This document shows positions 18,966 to 29,267 of a DNA stretch of 64,000 nt, one piece after another; within the stretch, counting starts at the first letter, position 1; each line of letters begins with the position of its first letter. The position numbers were made by a program, and so were the translations under genes. Under the pieces are notes generated by a model. It did not search any database. It was not told where the DNA came from and saw only the letters and a program-made list of their open reading frames with translations. Source of the stretch: an uncultured Candidatus Saccharibacteria bacterium (lineage in GTDB: Bacteria > Patescibacteriota > Minisyncoccia > UBA6257 > Colwellbacteraceae). The DNA is taken from NCBI GenBank assembly GCA_964559765.1, contig CAZLHU010000001.1:148164-212163 (forward strand), written 5' to 3'.

Positions 18966-19037
18966 TCGGCCCGGCAGGGATCGAACCTGCGACCCAGCGA
19001 TTATAAGTCGCTTGCTCTACCACTGAGCTACGGGCCG
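18966..19037 (-). tRNA. tRNA-Ile(TAT)
   Basis: CGGCCCG acceptor stem, anticodon arm AGCGA-CT-TAT-AA-TCGCT, T-loop GTTCGATCC. Confidence 0.95.
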
Positions 19038-19056
19038 AGACTAACCGATTCTACAA

Positions 19057-20892
19057 CTATACCGTGACCGGCTTCAAATTATATTCCTTTATAAGCGCGT
19101 AAAAATCGTCCTGTTCAAGGGTTTCTTTTTCAATCAAAGTCTTTGCCACTTTGTCTAAAGCGGGACGGTATGTAGTCAATATTTTTTCTGCGGCGTGATA
19201 GGCGCGATCTATGAAATGCTTTACTTCGCTGTCGATCTGTTCGGCGACCTCCTCAGAATAGTTCTTTTCCGTAGATATCTCCCTGCCTAAGAATATAAGT
19301 TCCTGAGTCTTACCAAACGTCATCGGGCCTAATTTATCGCTCATCCCGTATCGTGTGACTAATGCTCGGGCGGTCTCAGAAGCGACACTAAGGTCGTTTG
19401 ATGCCCCGGTCGTCACGTCATTGAACACGATTTTCTCCGCGGCGTGACCTCCCAATGATACCGCTATATCGGCTAGGAATTGAGATTTAGTCTTAAGATG
19501 CTGGTCCTCAAGTGGAAGTTTGAGCGTGTATCCTCCGGCTCGCCCACGGCTTACCACGGAAACCTTATGTACCGGATCGGAATCCTTTAGTCCGGCTGCT
19601 ATTAAAGCGTGGCCTGCTTCATGATACGCGGTGATCTCTTTTTCCTTGTCCGATATTAGGCGGCTCTTCCTTGCTGGTCCAAGCATCACCTTCTCGATTG
19701 ACTCATAAAAATAATCCTGGATTATCTTGTCTTTATTATTTTTCACTGTAAGTATCGCGGCCTCGTTCACGAGGTTGGCGAGGTCCGCTCCGGAGAAGCC
19801 CGGGGTTCGGGTAGCAACTTTACGGAGATCTATATCTTCACTGAGAGGCTTATTTTTTACGTGGATTTGTAAAATAGCTTCACGTTCGTTTATATCCGGC
19901 AAATCCAAGAACACTCGGCGATCGAAGCGTCCAGGCCTCAATAATGCCGGATCCAAGACGTCCGGACGGTTTGTGGCCGCTAGTACAATTACCCTGGAAT
20001 CCCTGTCAAAACCATCCATCTCGACCAATATTTGGTTGAGGGTCTGTTCGCGCTCGTCGTGTCCTCCGCCTAATCCGGCGCCCCTTTCCCTTCCTACAGC
20101 ATCGATTTCATCGATGAATAATATAGAAGGAGCTGCGGCTTTGGCTGTAGCAAAAGCATCCCTTGTCCTTGAGGCTCCGACCCCCACGAACATTTCAACA
20201 AACTCTGATGCGGAGATGTGGAAGAACGGCACATTTGCCTCGCCGGCTACCGCACGGGCCAATAACGTTTTCCCCGTGCCCGGCTGCCCCATCAACAGTA
20301 CCCCTCTCGGCACGGTCGCGCCGATATCGAAATACTTTTTAGGGTTCTTCATAAAATCGACGACTTCCTGAAGCTCTTGTTTGGCTTCCACCAATCCCGC
20401 AACGTCGGCGAACGTCACCTTGTCCTTGAAGCCGGCAAACGGTTTTAGATTTGCGCGCCCGAAAGTGAACGCCTGATTTACGCCTCCCTTAGCCTGTCTG
20501 GTTATGTACCAAAACACGCCGATTATTATCAGCCCGGTTACGAGCGTCGGCGCTATTATTCCTGCCCAGAAATTGAACGAGGATTGGTCTACCACCTGCA
20601 CGGCCACTTTGGAGAGCTGGTCAGAGGTTATGCCATAGTTCTTAAGGGTATCAGTCAGGCTTGCTTCAGTCTCCTTCTCGGATGAAACATGCTGACCGCC
20701 CTTCAATGTGACGTCCAATGCGTCGCCATTCACTGAGATGTTTGTGACTTGGCCTGATTGTATCTCGGAAGCCACCTGGCTTATGTTCTGGCTCTGCTCG
20801 CTTTGGCTGCTCTGATATATCGATGAAACTATTAGCGTCAATAAAAATACGAAAACAAGTCCCAATAAGATATTCTTATATAATTTACTCAT
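19057..20892 (-). CDS. ftsH: ATP-dependent zinc metalloprotease FtsH
   Basis: Two TM, 'GQPGTGKTLLA', 'DEREQTLNQ', 'RPGRFDR', 'HEAGH'. Confidence 0.98.
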   Translation of the reverse strand: MSKLYKNILLGLVFVFLLTLIVSSIYQSSQSEQSQNISQVASEIQSGQVTNISVNGDALDVTLKGGQHVSSEKETEASLTDTLKNYGITSDQLSKVAVQVVDQSSFNFWAGIIAPTLVTGLIIIGVFWYITRQAKGGVNQAFTFGRANLKPFAGFKDKVTFADVAGLVEAKQELQEVVDFMKNPKKYFDIGATVPRGVLLMGQPGTGKTLLARAVAGEANVPFFHISASEFVEMFVGVGASRTRDAFATAKAAAPSILFIDEIDAVGRERGAGLGGGHDEREQTLNQILVEMDGFDRDSRVIVLAATNRPDVLDPALLRPGRFDRRVFLDLPDINEREAILQIHVKNKPLSEDIDLRKVATRTPGFSGADLANLVNEAAILTVKNNKDKIIQDYFYESIEKVMLGPARKSRLISDKEKEITAYHEAGHALIAAGLKDSDPVHKVSVVSRGRAGGYTLKLPLEDQHLKTKSQFLADIAVSLGGHAAEKIVFNDVTTGASNDLSVASETARALVTRYGMSDKLGPMTFGKTQELIFLGREISTEKNYSEEVAEQIDSEVKHFIDRAYHAAEKILTTYRPALDKVAKTLIEKETLEQDDFYALIKEYNLKPVTV

Positions 20893-20921
20893 TATTAATT
20901 TTTATCCGACCCGAGATTAGA

Positions 20922-22025
20922 TTAGGCAACTTCAGCTGCCTTGGCAGCTAGCTTGAGAACGATTCTTTTCTCTAGGGGCCTAACAGATTCTATAACAAAT
21001 TTATAGGTTTTTCCTTCTTCCAATTGGCGTTTCAGCTCCTCTATCGAGCCGAATTCGGATACGTGGATCAATCCGACTATAGATGGGTCCAATTCGATAA
21101 ATGCGCCGAATGCGTTGAAGCGATGCACCTTGCCGTCCACGGTCTCACCGGCCTTATATTGGTCGGCCACCTTCTCCCACGGGTCGCTTTTAAGGGCTTT
21201 TAAGGACAATGAAACTCGTCCGTCCTTGATGTCTACTATCTTAGCCTGGACTAGGTCCCCAACTTTGACGACCTCTTTCGGATTGTCTATCAGGCGATGG
21301 TCGAGCTCCGATATGTGTATCAGGCCCTCTATCGCTGGTTCGTCGGCGAATCGCAGGAAGGCTCCGAAACTTGCCACTCCGGATATTATTCCAGATATGA
21401 CGTCGCCTACCTTATATTTGGTCAACAATTCCTTGGCGTTATGATTCTCAACTTCGCGTTCCGAGAGAATAAGCTTGTTGTTCCTTGGGTTTATGTTGAT
21501 TATTTTCACGGTGATCTCCTGGTCGACGAACTTCTTCAGTCCCTCGATCATCTTGCCGCGGTCGCCCTCAGTCTCTTTCGGATAGTGGTCGTTGGATAGC
21601 TGGGACGCCGGAATGAATGCGGCAACGCCCGCGATTTCGGTGATTAAGCCTCCGGCATTAACCTCCGATATCTTAACCTTTATAGGCTCATCCTTATCCT
21701 TAAGGTCGCGTATCTCCTGCCAGGCTCGCTGCTTGCCGGCTTCCGACAAAGAAAGTTCGACATAGCCCTTCTCATTCTCCGGATCGACGACCCTTGCTGT
21801 GGCCGTGTCCCCCGGCGCCAATCTCTTGAGCACATCCTTGGCGTTCAGTAATTCGGCGCCGTAGATCATTCCCGTGCCTACGCGCGGAACCTCGAAGTAG
21901 GCCACTCGGCCCATTTTTTCCAATAATTTAACCTCGATAAGATCGCCAGCCTTCAGGACGGGCATCAAATTCGGGTTATCTTTTAGATGTTGAGTTATCG
22001 CAGACTCCTGTTTTTGTGTAACCAT
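20922..22025 (-). CDS. rpsA: 30S ribosomal protein S1 (four S1 domains)
   Basis: Repeated S1 motifs 'AFIPASQL', 'FGAF...GLIHISEL', 'GLIHVSE'. ATG 22025 is preferred over GTG 22040 because TATAAT lies at 22049-22044. Confidence 0.9.
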   Translation of the reverse strand: MVTQKQESAITQHLKDNPNLMPVLKAGDLIEVKLLEKMGRVAYFEVPRVGTGMIYGAELLNAKDVLKRLAPGDTATARVVDPENEKGYVELSLSEAGKQRAWQEIRDLKDKDEPIKVKISEVNAGGLITEIAGVAAFIPASQLSNDHYPKETEGDRGKMIEGLKKFVDQEITVKIININPRNNKLILSEREVENHNAKELLTKYKVGDVISGIISGVASFGAFLRFADEPAIEGLIHISELDHRLIDNPKEVVKVGDLVQAKIVDIKDGRVSLSLKALKSDPWEKVADQYKAGETVDGKVHRFNAFGAFIELDPSIVGLIHVSEFGSIEELKRQLEEGKTYKFVIESVRPLEKRIVLKLAAKAAEVA

Positions 22026-22096
22026 AAGATTAATTTCCACGGGATTATAGGGAAAAGCCGATTGAAAAGCAACGTCCGAACAGGTAAAATTAGGCT

Positions 22097-22657
22097 ATGG
22101 TAATAAGAGTCGCTCCCTCCGGGAGCGTAAATTGTGAAGTATCCGGCTTCAGGATAGTTGTTGACCCGGCTCCGAGGGAGAGGGGTGAACTGGTCCTAAA
22201 GACCCAGATCGAGCTTGCGTCTATGGGCGACGAGGTGCCAGGAACGATAGTCAATGCCGGGGAATACGAGCATTCCGGCATAAAGGTCATAGGGTTTGAT
22301 ATGGAAGGCGAGTCCGATAAGAAGGTTCTCAAGACTACATATATAGTGGAGGCCGACGGCATTCGTATGTGCTTTATGGCGCCGATAACCAAAGAACCCA
22401 CAGACGCTTTTCTTGAAAAGCTCGGAGAAATAGATATTTTATTTATCGCGTCGGGCAAGGGATTGATCGAAACGAAGAAGGCGGCCGCCCTTATTAAAGA
22501 GATAGAGCCGCATATCGTAGTGCCTAGGAACGACGAGACCGCTCAAGGATTGGTAAGCGAAATCGGCAAGCCCGAGGAGATGGACCGCCTGGCTATAAAA
22601 CGAAAAGACTTAGATAACGAAGAAGCAACTAAATTCGTATGGATAAAGGAAAAGTAG
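22097..22657 (+). CDS. Degenerate metallo-beta-lactamase-fold protein
   Basis: 'IVVDP', 'AGEYEHSGI', 'LGEIDILFI', 'IEPHIVVP'; no HxHxDH metal motif visible. Confidence 0.7.
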   Translation: MVIRVAPSGSVNCEVSGFRIVVDPAPRERGELVLKTQIELASMGDEVPGTIVNAGEYEHSGIKVIGFDMEGESDKKVLKTTYIVEADGIRMCFMAPITKEPTDAFLEKLGEIDILFIASGKGLIETKKAAALIKEIEPHIVVPRNDETAQGLVSEIGKPEEMDRLAIKRKDLDNEEATKFVWIKEK

Positions 22658-25083
22658 AACAACCAAAAGCGCCAGACGCGGATAAGGTTGAAAAGGTTGA
22701 GATAACCGACGAACTCCGCAGGTCTTATCTGGACTATGCGATGTCCGTCATTGTCGGACGAGCTCTGCCCGATGTCCGCGACGGCCTGAAGCCGGTCCAT
22801 CGCCGCATTCTTTGGGCGATGTGGGAATCCGGCATAACGCACAGCGCGAAGTATCGCAAATCGGCGTACATCGTCGGTGAAGTGTTGGGGCGCTATCATC
22901 CCCACGGCGACGTCGCCGTCTATGATTCCATGGCGAGGATGGCTCAGGACTTTTCTTTGCGCTATCCCTTGATTGATGGGCAGGGAAACTGGGGCAGCGT
23001 CGACGGAGATTCCGCCGCAGCCATGCGTTACACGGAGTGCCGCCTTTCGGCAATCGCCGAAGAGCTGCTCGCCGATATAGATAAGAATACGGTTGATATG
23101 ATTCCCAACTATGACGCCACGCGCAACGAGCCGCTGGTGCTGCCTTCGGCTCTGCCGACGTTGCTGATGAATGGAACGGACGGGATAGCAGTGGGCATGG
23201 CCACAAAAATACCGCCGCACAACCTGACCGAATTAATTGAGGCTACGACTCATCTTATCGACCACCCAAAGGCCACATCGGAAGACCTTATGGAATTTGT
23301 TCAGGGACCGGATTTTCCGACCGGCGGAATAATCTATAACAGGAAGGAGATTGTTGATGCCTATGTGTCTGGCCGCGGCAAGATAACCTGCAGGGCTTTG
23401 GCTGAGGTGGATGAGAAGAAAATAACGATCACTGAAATACCATACCAAGTTAATAAATCTGAGCTGCTCACTAAAATAGCCGAACTGGTCGGAGAGAAGA
23501 AGATAGAAGGCATCCGCGACCTTAGGGATGAATCGGATAAAGATGGACTGTGCATCTCAATTGACTTGAAGAATGACGCTGTGCCTCAGAAGGTTTTAAA
23601 CCAGCTTTGGAGCTATACCGATCTACAGAAAGACTACCACCTTAATATGTTGGCTTTGGCTGATGGCATAAAGCCGAGAGTCATGTCGCTGAAGGATATA
23701 TTGGCCGCTTTCATCGAGCACCGCAGGGAAGTTATTCGTCGCAGGGCCGAGTTTGATCTGGCCAAAGCTAGGGAGAGGGCTCATATATTGGAGGGATTGG
23801 CCAAGGCGTTGGATATCATCGATAAGGTCATCGCGACCATAAAGAAATCCAAAGATAAGGATGACGCGCACAAGAATTTGGTGACCCAATTCAAGTTCAG
23901 CGACCTACAGGCTACAGCTATATTGGAAATGCGCTTACAGACCCTCGCTGCCCTTGAGCGTTCAAAGATAGAAGAAGAATTAAAGGAGAAGCAAAAAATT
24001 ATCGCCGAGCTGACCCTCTTATTAAAGAGTGTCGAAAAGATGTTGAAGGTTGTTAAGGATGAGTTGAATGCCCTTAAGGGTAAATTCGGCGACGAACGTA
24101 GGACAAAAGTCGTGGCCGGTGGGTTGAGAGAGTTCAATGTTGAGGATTTGGTCCCGCAGGAGGAGACGATAATCATGATGTCCCGCGACGGATATATTAA
24201 GCGACTCCAGCCTAACGCAGTAAGGAGCCAGCACCGCGGCGGCAAAGGATTGATTGGCGGCGAAGTGAATGAAAGCGATGTTCTAGCACATGTGCTTAGG
24301 GCGAAAACGCACGATTCCATCCTGTTTTTCACCGATCGTGGGCGTGTATTCCAGACTAGGGTCTACGAAATACCGGTGGCGTCGCGCACCTCTAAGGGCA
24401 AGGACATCCATAATTTCTTGGAGATACAGCCGCAGGAAAAGGTTAACGCCATAATCTGTTACGACAATAAAAAGACCGGAGTCTATCTTGTGATGGCGAC
24501 GCATAGCGGCATGATCAAGAAGACCGATCTTAAAGATTTCGGGAACGTCCGACGCAACGGCATCATAGCCATAAATCTCAGGAAGGGAGATTCCTTGAAT
24601 TGGGTCAAACTCTCTTCGGGAAAAGACGACCTGGTCATTACGACAATCAAAGGCAAGGCCATTCGTTTCAAGGAATCTCAGGTCAGACCAATGGGCAGAA
24701 CCGCGGGAGGCGTCCGGGCGATAAAATTAGGCAGCGGAGAGAGGGTCAGTTCGTTGAGCATAATAACTCCAGAACAGATATCTTCTGCCAGGATATTGGT
24801 CGTCATGGCCAATGGCTATGCAAAGTTCACGCCGGTCAAGGAATATAAGGTTCAGGGTCGTGGTGGTCAGGGAATACTTACAGCCAAGGTCAATCCTAAG
24901 ACTGGCCAAGTCGTGTCGGCTCATATTGTTACCGACGAAGTGGAGCTTTTCGCCGCCTCTTCGCGCGGGCAGATAATACGCACTAAGTTGTCGACAATCA
25001 GGGAGACCGGCCGCGCCGCGCAGGGTGTAAGGATTATGAAGGTCGCTGATGGAGACTCCATAGCCGGCACTACCTGTATTTAA
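22639..25083 (+). CDS. gyrA: DNA gyrase subunit A
   Basis: '[24 protein letters not shown]', 'AAAMRYTE', GyrA box 'QHRGGKG', C-terminal pinwheel repeats. Confidence 0.98.
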   Translation: MDKGKVEQPKAPDADKVEKVEITDELRRSYLDYAMSVIVGRALPDVRDGLKPVHRRILWAMWESGITHSAKYRKSAYIVGEVLGRYHPHGDVAVYDSMARMAQDFSLRYPLIDGQGNWGSVDGDSAAAMRYTECRLSAIAEELLADIDKNTVDMIPNYDATRNEPLVLPSALPTLLMNGTDGIAVGMATKIPPHNLTELIEATTHLIDHPKATSEDLMEFVQGPDFPTGGIIYNRKEIVDAYVSGRGKITCRALAEVDEKKITITEIPYQVNKSELLTKIAELVGEKKIEGIRDLRDESDKDGLCISIDLKNDAVPQKVLNQLWSYTDLQKDYHLNMLALADGIKPRVMSLKDILAAFIEHRREVIRRRAEFDLAKARERAHILEGLAKALDIIDKVIATIKKSKDKDDAHKNLVTQFKFSDLQATAILEMRLQTLAALERSKIEEELKEKQKIIAELTLLLKSVEKMLKVVKDELNALKGKFGDERRTKVVAGGLREFNVEDLVPQEETIIMMSRDGYIKRLQPNAVRSQHRGGKGLIGGEVNESDVLAHVLRAKTHDSILFFTDRGRVFQTRVYEIPVASRTSKGKDIHNFLEIQPQEKVNAIICYDNKKTGVYLVMATHSGMIKKTDLKDFGNVRRNGIIAINLRKGDSLNWVKLSSGKDDLVITTIKGKAIRFKESQVRPMGRTAGGVRAIKLGSGERVSSLSIITPEQISSARILVVMANGYAKFTPVKEYKVQGRGGQGILTAKVNPKTGQVVSAHIVTDEVELFAASSRGQIIRTKLSTIRETGRAAQGVRIMKVADGDSIAGTTCI

Positions 25084-25116
25084 GGCATAGGCCTACAATA
25101 TATAGATAGATTATCG

Positions 25117-26400
25117 ATGCAATTCACTAAGCCTCAAAAAATAATCCTAGGTATAGTGGGTTTTGTAATCCTATTCTTTCTGCTCGTCCTTGTGGGCATA
25201 ATTCCCGGACTGCGCAAAAACGGCACCTCGGCCACGCTTAAGATCTGGGGGGTCGGCGACAGCAGTGATGTCTGGGCAGCGAGTATCCAAAGCTATTCTG
25301 CGTCCCATCCAGGGGTGGCGGTGACTTATACGCAGATTGACCAGTCCAACTATGAATCTACGTTGGTCAACGCCTTGGCGGCTGGCAACGGACCGGATAT
25401 TTTCATGTTCAACAACGCATGGCTTCCAAAGAATGGGGACAAGATAGCCCCAGCGCCGGTATCACTAATGAGCACGAGCACCTTCGCCGGTATTTTCCCC
25501 CAAGTAGCCAGCCAGGATTTCATAAGCAACGGCTACATCTATGCCATGCCGCTATCAATAGACACATTGGCCCTTATTTATAATAAAGGCATCTTCAATC
25601 AAAGCGGGGTGGCGGTCCCGCCGAAAACCTGGGCTCAGTTCGAGAGCGTAATAAGAGAAACGCGGATGGAAACGTCTGGCGCAATCTCCCGTCCGGCGGT
25701 GGCTCTAGGAGGGACTTTGACCAGTATGGCAAACGCGACCGATATACTTAATTTATTGCTACTCCAAGAAGGCACTGAGATGATAAGCCCCGAAAGCAAT
25801 CAGGCGACATTTTCCAGCACTGCCGGGCAGACGGCGTTGGCCTTCTATACGCAATTCGCCACTCCGGGCAGTGCTTATTACACATGGAAGGATTCGTTGG
25901 GCTCAGCATTGAACTCGTTTGCCAACGGCAAGACGGCTATGTTCGTGGGATATGCATCCCAAATCCCGCAGATAAAAGCGGAAAATCCCTATATAAATTT
26001 CGGAGTATCGACTATGCCCCAGTTCAATCTGAGCAATCAAATCAACTATCCGAATTATTGGGGATTGGCCGTATCTAAACAGAGCCAATACCAGGCCCAG
26101 GCATGGGATTTCATAAATTTTGTTACCACCGATCCGACTACCGCGAATAATTACGCAACCGCCAGTGGCCGTCCGCCGGCATTGCGGTCTCTGATAGCTC
26201 AATATGAAAGCGACCCGATTCTGGGTCCATACGCCTCGCAGGCACTTACTGCTGAAGACTGGGTCGAACCAGATGCCGACTCTGTTTCTACGATATTCAA
26301 CAATATGATAGAATCAGTGCTGAATAAAACCTCTTCGGTCAGCCAGGCTCTTCAGACCGCTGAGTTCTCAGTTAACAACATAGGATCTTCTCAATATTAA
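25117..26400 (+). CDS. Membrane-anchored extracellular solute-binding protein (sugar-binding family 1 type)
   Basis: N-terminal TM, 'GPDIF', 'YAMPLSIDTLALIYNK', 'PPKTW', 'FANGKTAM'. Confidence 0.88.
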   Translation: MQFTKPQKIILGIVGFVILFFLLVLVGIIPGLRKNGTSATLKIWGVGDSSDVWAASIQSYSASHPGVAVTYTQIDQSNYESTLVNALAAGNGPDIFMFNNAWLPKNGDKIAPAPVSLMSTSTFAGIFPQVASQDFISNGYIYAMPLSIDTLALIYNKGIFNQSGVAVPPKTWAQFESVIRETRMETSGAISRPAVALGGTLTSMANATDILNLLLLQEGTEMISPESNQATFSSTAGQTALAFYTQFATPGSAYYTWKDSLGSALNSFANGKTAMFVGYASQIPQIKAENPYINFGVSTMPQFNLSNQINYPNYWGLAVSKQSQYQAQAWDFINFVTTDPTTANNYATASGRPPALRSLIAQYESDPILGPYASQALTAEDWVEPDADSVSTIFNNMIESVLNKTSSVSQALQTAEFSVNNIGSSQY

Positions 26401-26404
26401 TAAA

Positions 26405-26767
26405 ATGAAAAATAATTGGGCATCCAACGGCAGTAAATTCGCTCTAGCGGCCACGGGATTGGTGCCCAGCGACACCGGCAGTCTCTGTGGCCTTTTGCAG
26501 TTGTTCAAAAATCTGCTCAGTTTTGCCCTTGAAATCGCCGTGCCTATAGCTGTTGTGGCAATCGTGTACGGCGGATTCAGGATAATAACCGCCGGCGGTT
26601 CGCCTAAGGGCGAGGAGGCGGGAAAAGCGGCCGTAAAATCAGCCCTTATTGGAGTTGTGATCGTTTTCGGTGCGTGGATAATTATCAACACATTACTTAA
26701 TGTAGTAGGATTAAGTCTAAGCGGAGCAAACTCTGTCCTGCCGTGGACCGGGATCGTCTGCTCATAA
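26405..26767 (+). CDS. VirB2/TrbC-like pilin
   Basis: 'IVYGGFRIITAGG......GK...SALIG'; two Cys. Confidence 0.8.
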   Translation: MKNNWASNGSKFALAATGLVPSDTGSLCGLLQLFKNLLSFALEIAVPIAVVAIVYGGFRIITAGGSPKGEEAGKAAVKSALIGVVIVFGAWIIINTLLNVVGLSLSGANSVLPWTGIVCS

Positions 26768-26769
26768 AA

Positions 26770-27129
26770 ATGATTACAGAATTTTTGGTAAATAAAGTAT
26801 ACGCACAAGTAACCGGCCCATTGTCTTCCGGCGACGGCGGTTCGATTACTCTCAATAATCCCCTAGGCGCTTCAAATGGAACGATAGTCGGTCTCATAAA
26901 TACCGTAATAAGTTATTTCACGCTTTATATCGCCCCGGCAGTAGTCGTCATAATGGTCTTGTATGGGGCGTTCCAAATGCTGACTGCCGGCGGAAAACCT
27001 GAAGAGTTCGCCAAAGGACGCAAGACGATTTTGTACGCGATCATCGGTTATGCCATCGTGCTTGTCGCGGCGGGCCTGGTTGCTGTAGTTGAAACTGTCA
27101 TAGGAGGAAACAACGCAACGTTGTTCTAA
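26770..27129 (+). CDS. VirB2/TrbC-like pilin
   Basis: 'LNNPLG', 'VLYGAFQMLTAGG.PE...KGRKTILYAIIG'. Confidence 0.82.
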   Translation: MITEFLVNKVYAQVTGPLSSGDGGSITLNNPLGASNGTIVGLINTVISYFTLYIAPAVVVIMVLYGAFQMLTAGGKPEEFAKGRKTILYAIIGYAIVLVAAGLVAVVETVIGGNNATLF

Positions 27130-27258
27130 TCCGCGATCAATCTCCAGGCCTTATTTAAATAGACACTATGCCCCAGTTATGTTATATTAGGGGCAATAAG
27201 ATTACGTTTAATCTTAAGATCAGGTCTCATCTAAAAGGTCGGAATCACATTTATAATT

Positions 27259-27612
27259 ATGACCAAAAAACTGAAAGCTTTTATCATGTCGATAGCGCTG
27301 AGCACGGCAGCTATACCGGCCGCGTTCGCTCAAAACAATCCTTATGGCAATGTAGTGCCTTCAGGTAGCGTAAACTTGGGTGGGCCTGCGGATGTTCTCA
27401 ATCTTATGTATGTCTTCTTGGGTTGGGCTTTCGCTTTCTTCTTCGTGCTTGCGGTATTCTTCTTCCTCTGGGCTGCGTTCATCTATCTAAGAGCGGGCGG
27501 AGACCAGGAAAAACTTACCGAAGCTAAGCACAGGTTGCTTTACGGTATAATCGCGATTGTCGTGGCTTTATTGGCGGGCAGCATACCGACAATAGTTAAG
27601 AACATACTGTAA
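27259..27612 (+). CDS. VirB2/TrbC-like pilin with cleavable signal peptide
   Basis: Signal peptide ending 'PAAFAQ'; 'AFIYLRAGGDQEKLTEAKHRLLYGII'. Confidence 0.82.
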   Translation: MTKKLKAFIMSIALSTAAIPAAFAQNNPYGNVVPSGSVNLGGPADVLNLMYVFLGWAFAFFFVLAVFFFLWAAFIYLRAGGDQEKLTEAKHRLLYGIIAIVVALLAGSIPTIVKNIL

Positions 27613-27634
27613 TTGTATAGATAATGTTTTTACT

Positions 27635-27659
27635 AAAATCCCCCTAACGGGGGATTTTT
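27635..27659 (+). terminator. Intrinsic terminator after the pilin cluster
   Basis: AAAATCCCCC-TAAC-GGGGGATTTT plus T. Confidence 0.85.
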
Positions 27660-27694
27660 GGTTTATTGGCACATCGTCATTCAGAGTAAACAAA

Positions 27695-27721
27695 ACACCC
27701 CTTAGTTTTTAAAAGGGGTGT
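27695..27721 (-). terminator. Intrinsic terminator of the convergent gene
   Basis: ACACCCCTT / AAGGGGTGT stem with a U-rich tail on the minus strand. Confidence 0.7.
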
Positions 27722-27729
27722 CCGTAGTT

Positions 27730-28392
27730 TTAACGTATCAGCGTTACCGTAACTTCCGTGTTGTCGCCATACGCCATGACTCGCAGGCCGTTCTCTATCA
27801 GGTTGGTGTGGGCCTTAGTGTTCACTGGGTCTATGCATGAGTTGGACCCATCTGAATACAAGACGCAGATATGGTTTCCAGGGGATGAGATGCTGTAGCT
27901 TCTAAATCCCGAGTTGACCGGCATGTGTATCAAGGGCGAACACTCTCCTTTGTTTAAGGACAGAGATATCGCCGTAAGATCCGGCCCCATGACTACTCCG
28001 TTAGGATAATCGGCGCTTTGAGGGAAGCTTCCACAAGTTGGAGGGAACATCCCTGCGACTAAATAGTATGCGCACACAACAACAAGGATTAATACGATGA
28101 TCCAAATCATCGTTTTAAGGAATCTCGGTCGACCCTTCGGCTTCACAGCTTTCTCTTCTATTTTGATCGGAGCCTGTATGTCGATGACTTTCCTGACGAC
28201 TAATTTCTTAGGCGCCTTAGAATAGGCATAGAATCCAGCTGCCATAAACAAAACAGACACACCGACAATCATGTAGATCGCAAATGCCAGAGATAACCCC
28301 GCCAGCCATAATACTATCACTCCCAAAATGACATATATCAGGATAAAGATAGTTGGTAGCAACCACGTCCACTGAGAAAATCTTTCCTTCAT
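27730..28392 (-). CDS. Hypothetical 3-TM membrane protein with a Cys-containing C-terminal domain
   Basis: 220-aa ORF with three hydrophobic helices and four Cys in the C-terminal part; TTGACA upstream and terminator downstream. Confidence 0.7.
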   Translation of the reverse strand: MKERFSQWTWLLPTIFILIYVILGVIVLWLAGLSLAFAIYMIVGVSVLFMAAGFYAYSKAPKKLVVRKVIDIQAPIKIEEKAVKPKGRPRFLKTMIWIIVLILVVVCAYYLVAGMFPPTCGSFPQSADYPNGVVMGPDLTAISLSLNKGECSPLIHMPVNSGFRSYSISSPGNHICVLYSDGSNSCIDPVNTKAHTNLIENGLRVMAYGDNTEVTVTLIR

Positions 28393-28607
28393 AGATAAAT
28401 GGACAACACCGGAATAAAGAGCGTTTGTAGGCTCTTTTCGGTATCGCTAAATTATTTTTATTTTAAAGAACAATCGACATTGTTCTTGTCTATATTACAA
28501 CATAAAATACATCATTTGTCAACCAGACAAGCAATGCAACAAGCGTCGCGCCTATGTGCTGGTTTGGCAAACACTACCAGGCTTAGTATTATCAATGACA
28601 TAGAGCA

Positions 28608-29267
28608 ATGAATAGACTTAGTAGGGTAAAAATAGAGTGGTCGCATAATTTTGCCTATGCTATTGGGCTTATAGCGACGGATGGTAGTCTTTCAAAAGAT
28701 GGTAGGCATATTAACTTGACATCAAAAGACGAAGAGATGATAAAGACCTTTAAACAATGTCTTAATATAGAAAATAATATAGGGCATAAAGCTAGGAAGA
28801 AAGGCGAGGAAAAGAAATATTTTCAAATACAATTTGGAGACAAAAACTTTTATGAGTTCCTCAATTCAATCGGTCTATCATCAGCTAAGTCAAAAACAAT
28901 CGGATCACTAAAAATACCGAGTAAGTACTTTGCCGATTTTTAAAGAGGGTGTATAGATGGTGACGGCAGTATAGGGGCTTACAATCATCCAGAAAGTCGA
29001 CATTTACAATTACGCATCCGTCTTTATTCTGCAAGTCACCCATTTCTAGAGTGGGTAAAGAAGAGGATATCAATAAACTTTAAGATAAAAGGTGGATGGA
29101 TTGGAAAGGGGTCTAGGGTAGAGGCCCTGATGTATGCGAAAAGCGATTCCATAAAACTTCTAAGATTGATTTATTATACAAACGTTGAGTATTACCTTAA
29201 GCGGAAATACAATGAAGCAGAGCAATTTGAGGGCGAGTGGCGGAATTGGCATACGCGCAGCGCTTAG
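28608..29267 (+). pseudogene. Double-motif LAGLIDADG endonuclease-like gene with one in-frame TAA; ends inside tRNA-Leu
   Basis: Motif 1 'AYAIGLIATDGSL'; motif 2 'ADF*RGCIDGDGSI' (TAA at 28941-28943). The same frame continues through 'YLKRKY' to TAG 29265-29267. Confidence 0.85.

Noticed and set aside
18829-19023. 64-aa minus-strand ORF
   Set aside because: It is a translation of the tRNA-Ile and tRNA-Val genes.
19727-24332. Long antisense ORFs inside ftsH, rpsA and gyrA (e.g. 19727-20371, 22543-23220, 23781-24332)
   Set aside because: They are shadows of conserved genes on the opposite strand, with no motifs or independent expression signals.
28550-28586. Resemblance of GCCTATGTGCTGGTTTGGCAAACA...GCTTAG to a 5' half of tRNA-Leu (split tRNA or target duplication)
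   Set aside because: Identity to the downstream tRNA is low, no proper D or anticodon stem forms, and the stretch is explained by a TTGGCA-17-TATTAT promoter. The downstream tRNA is complete on its own.
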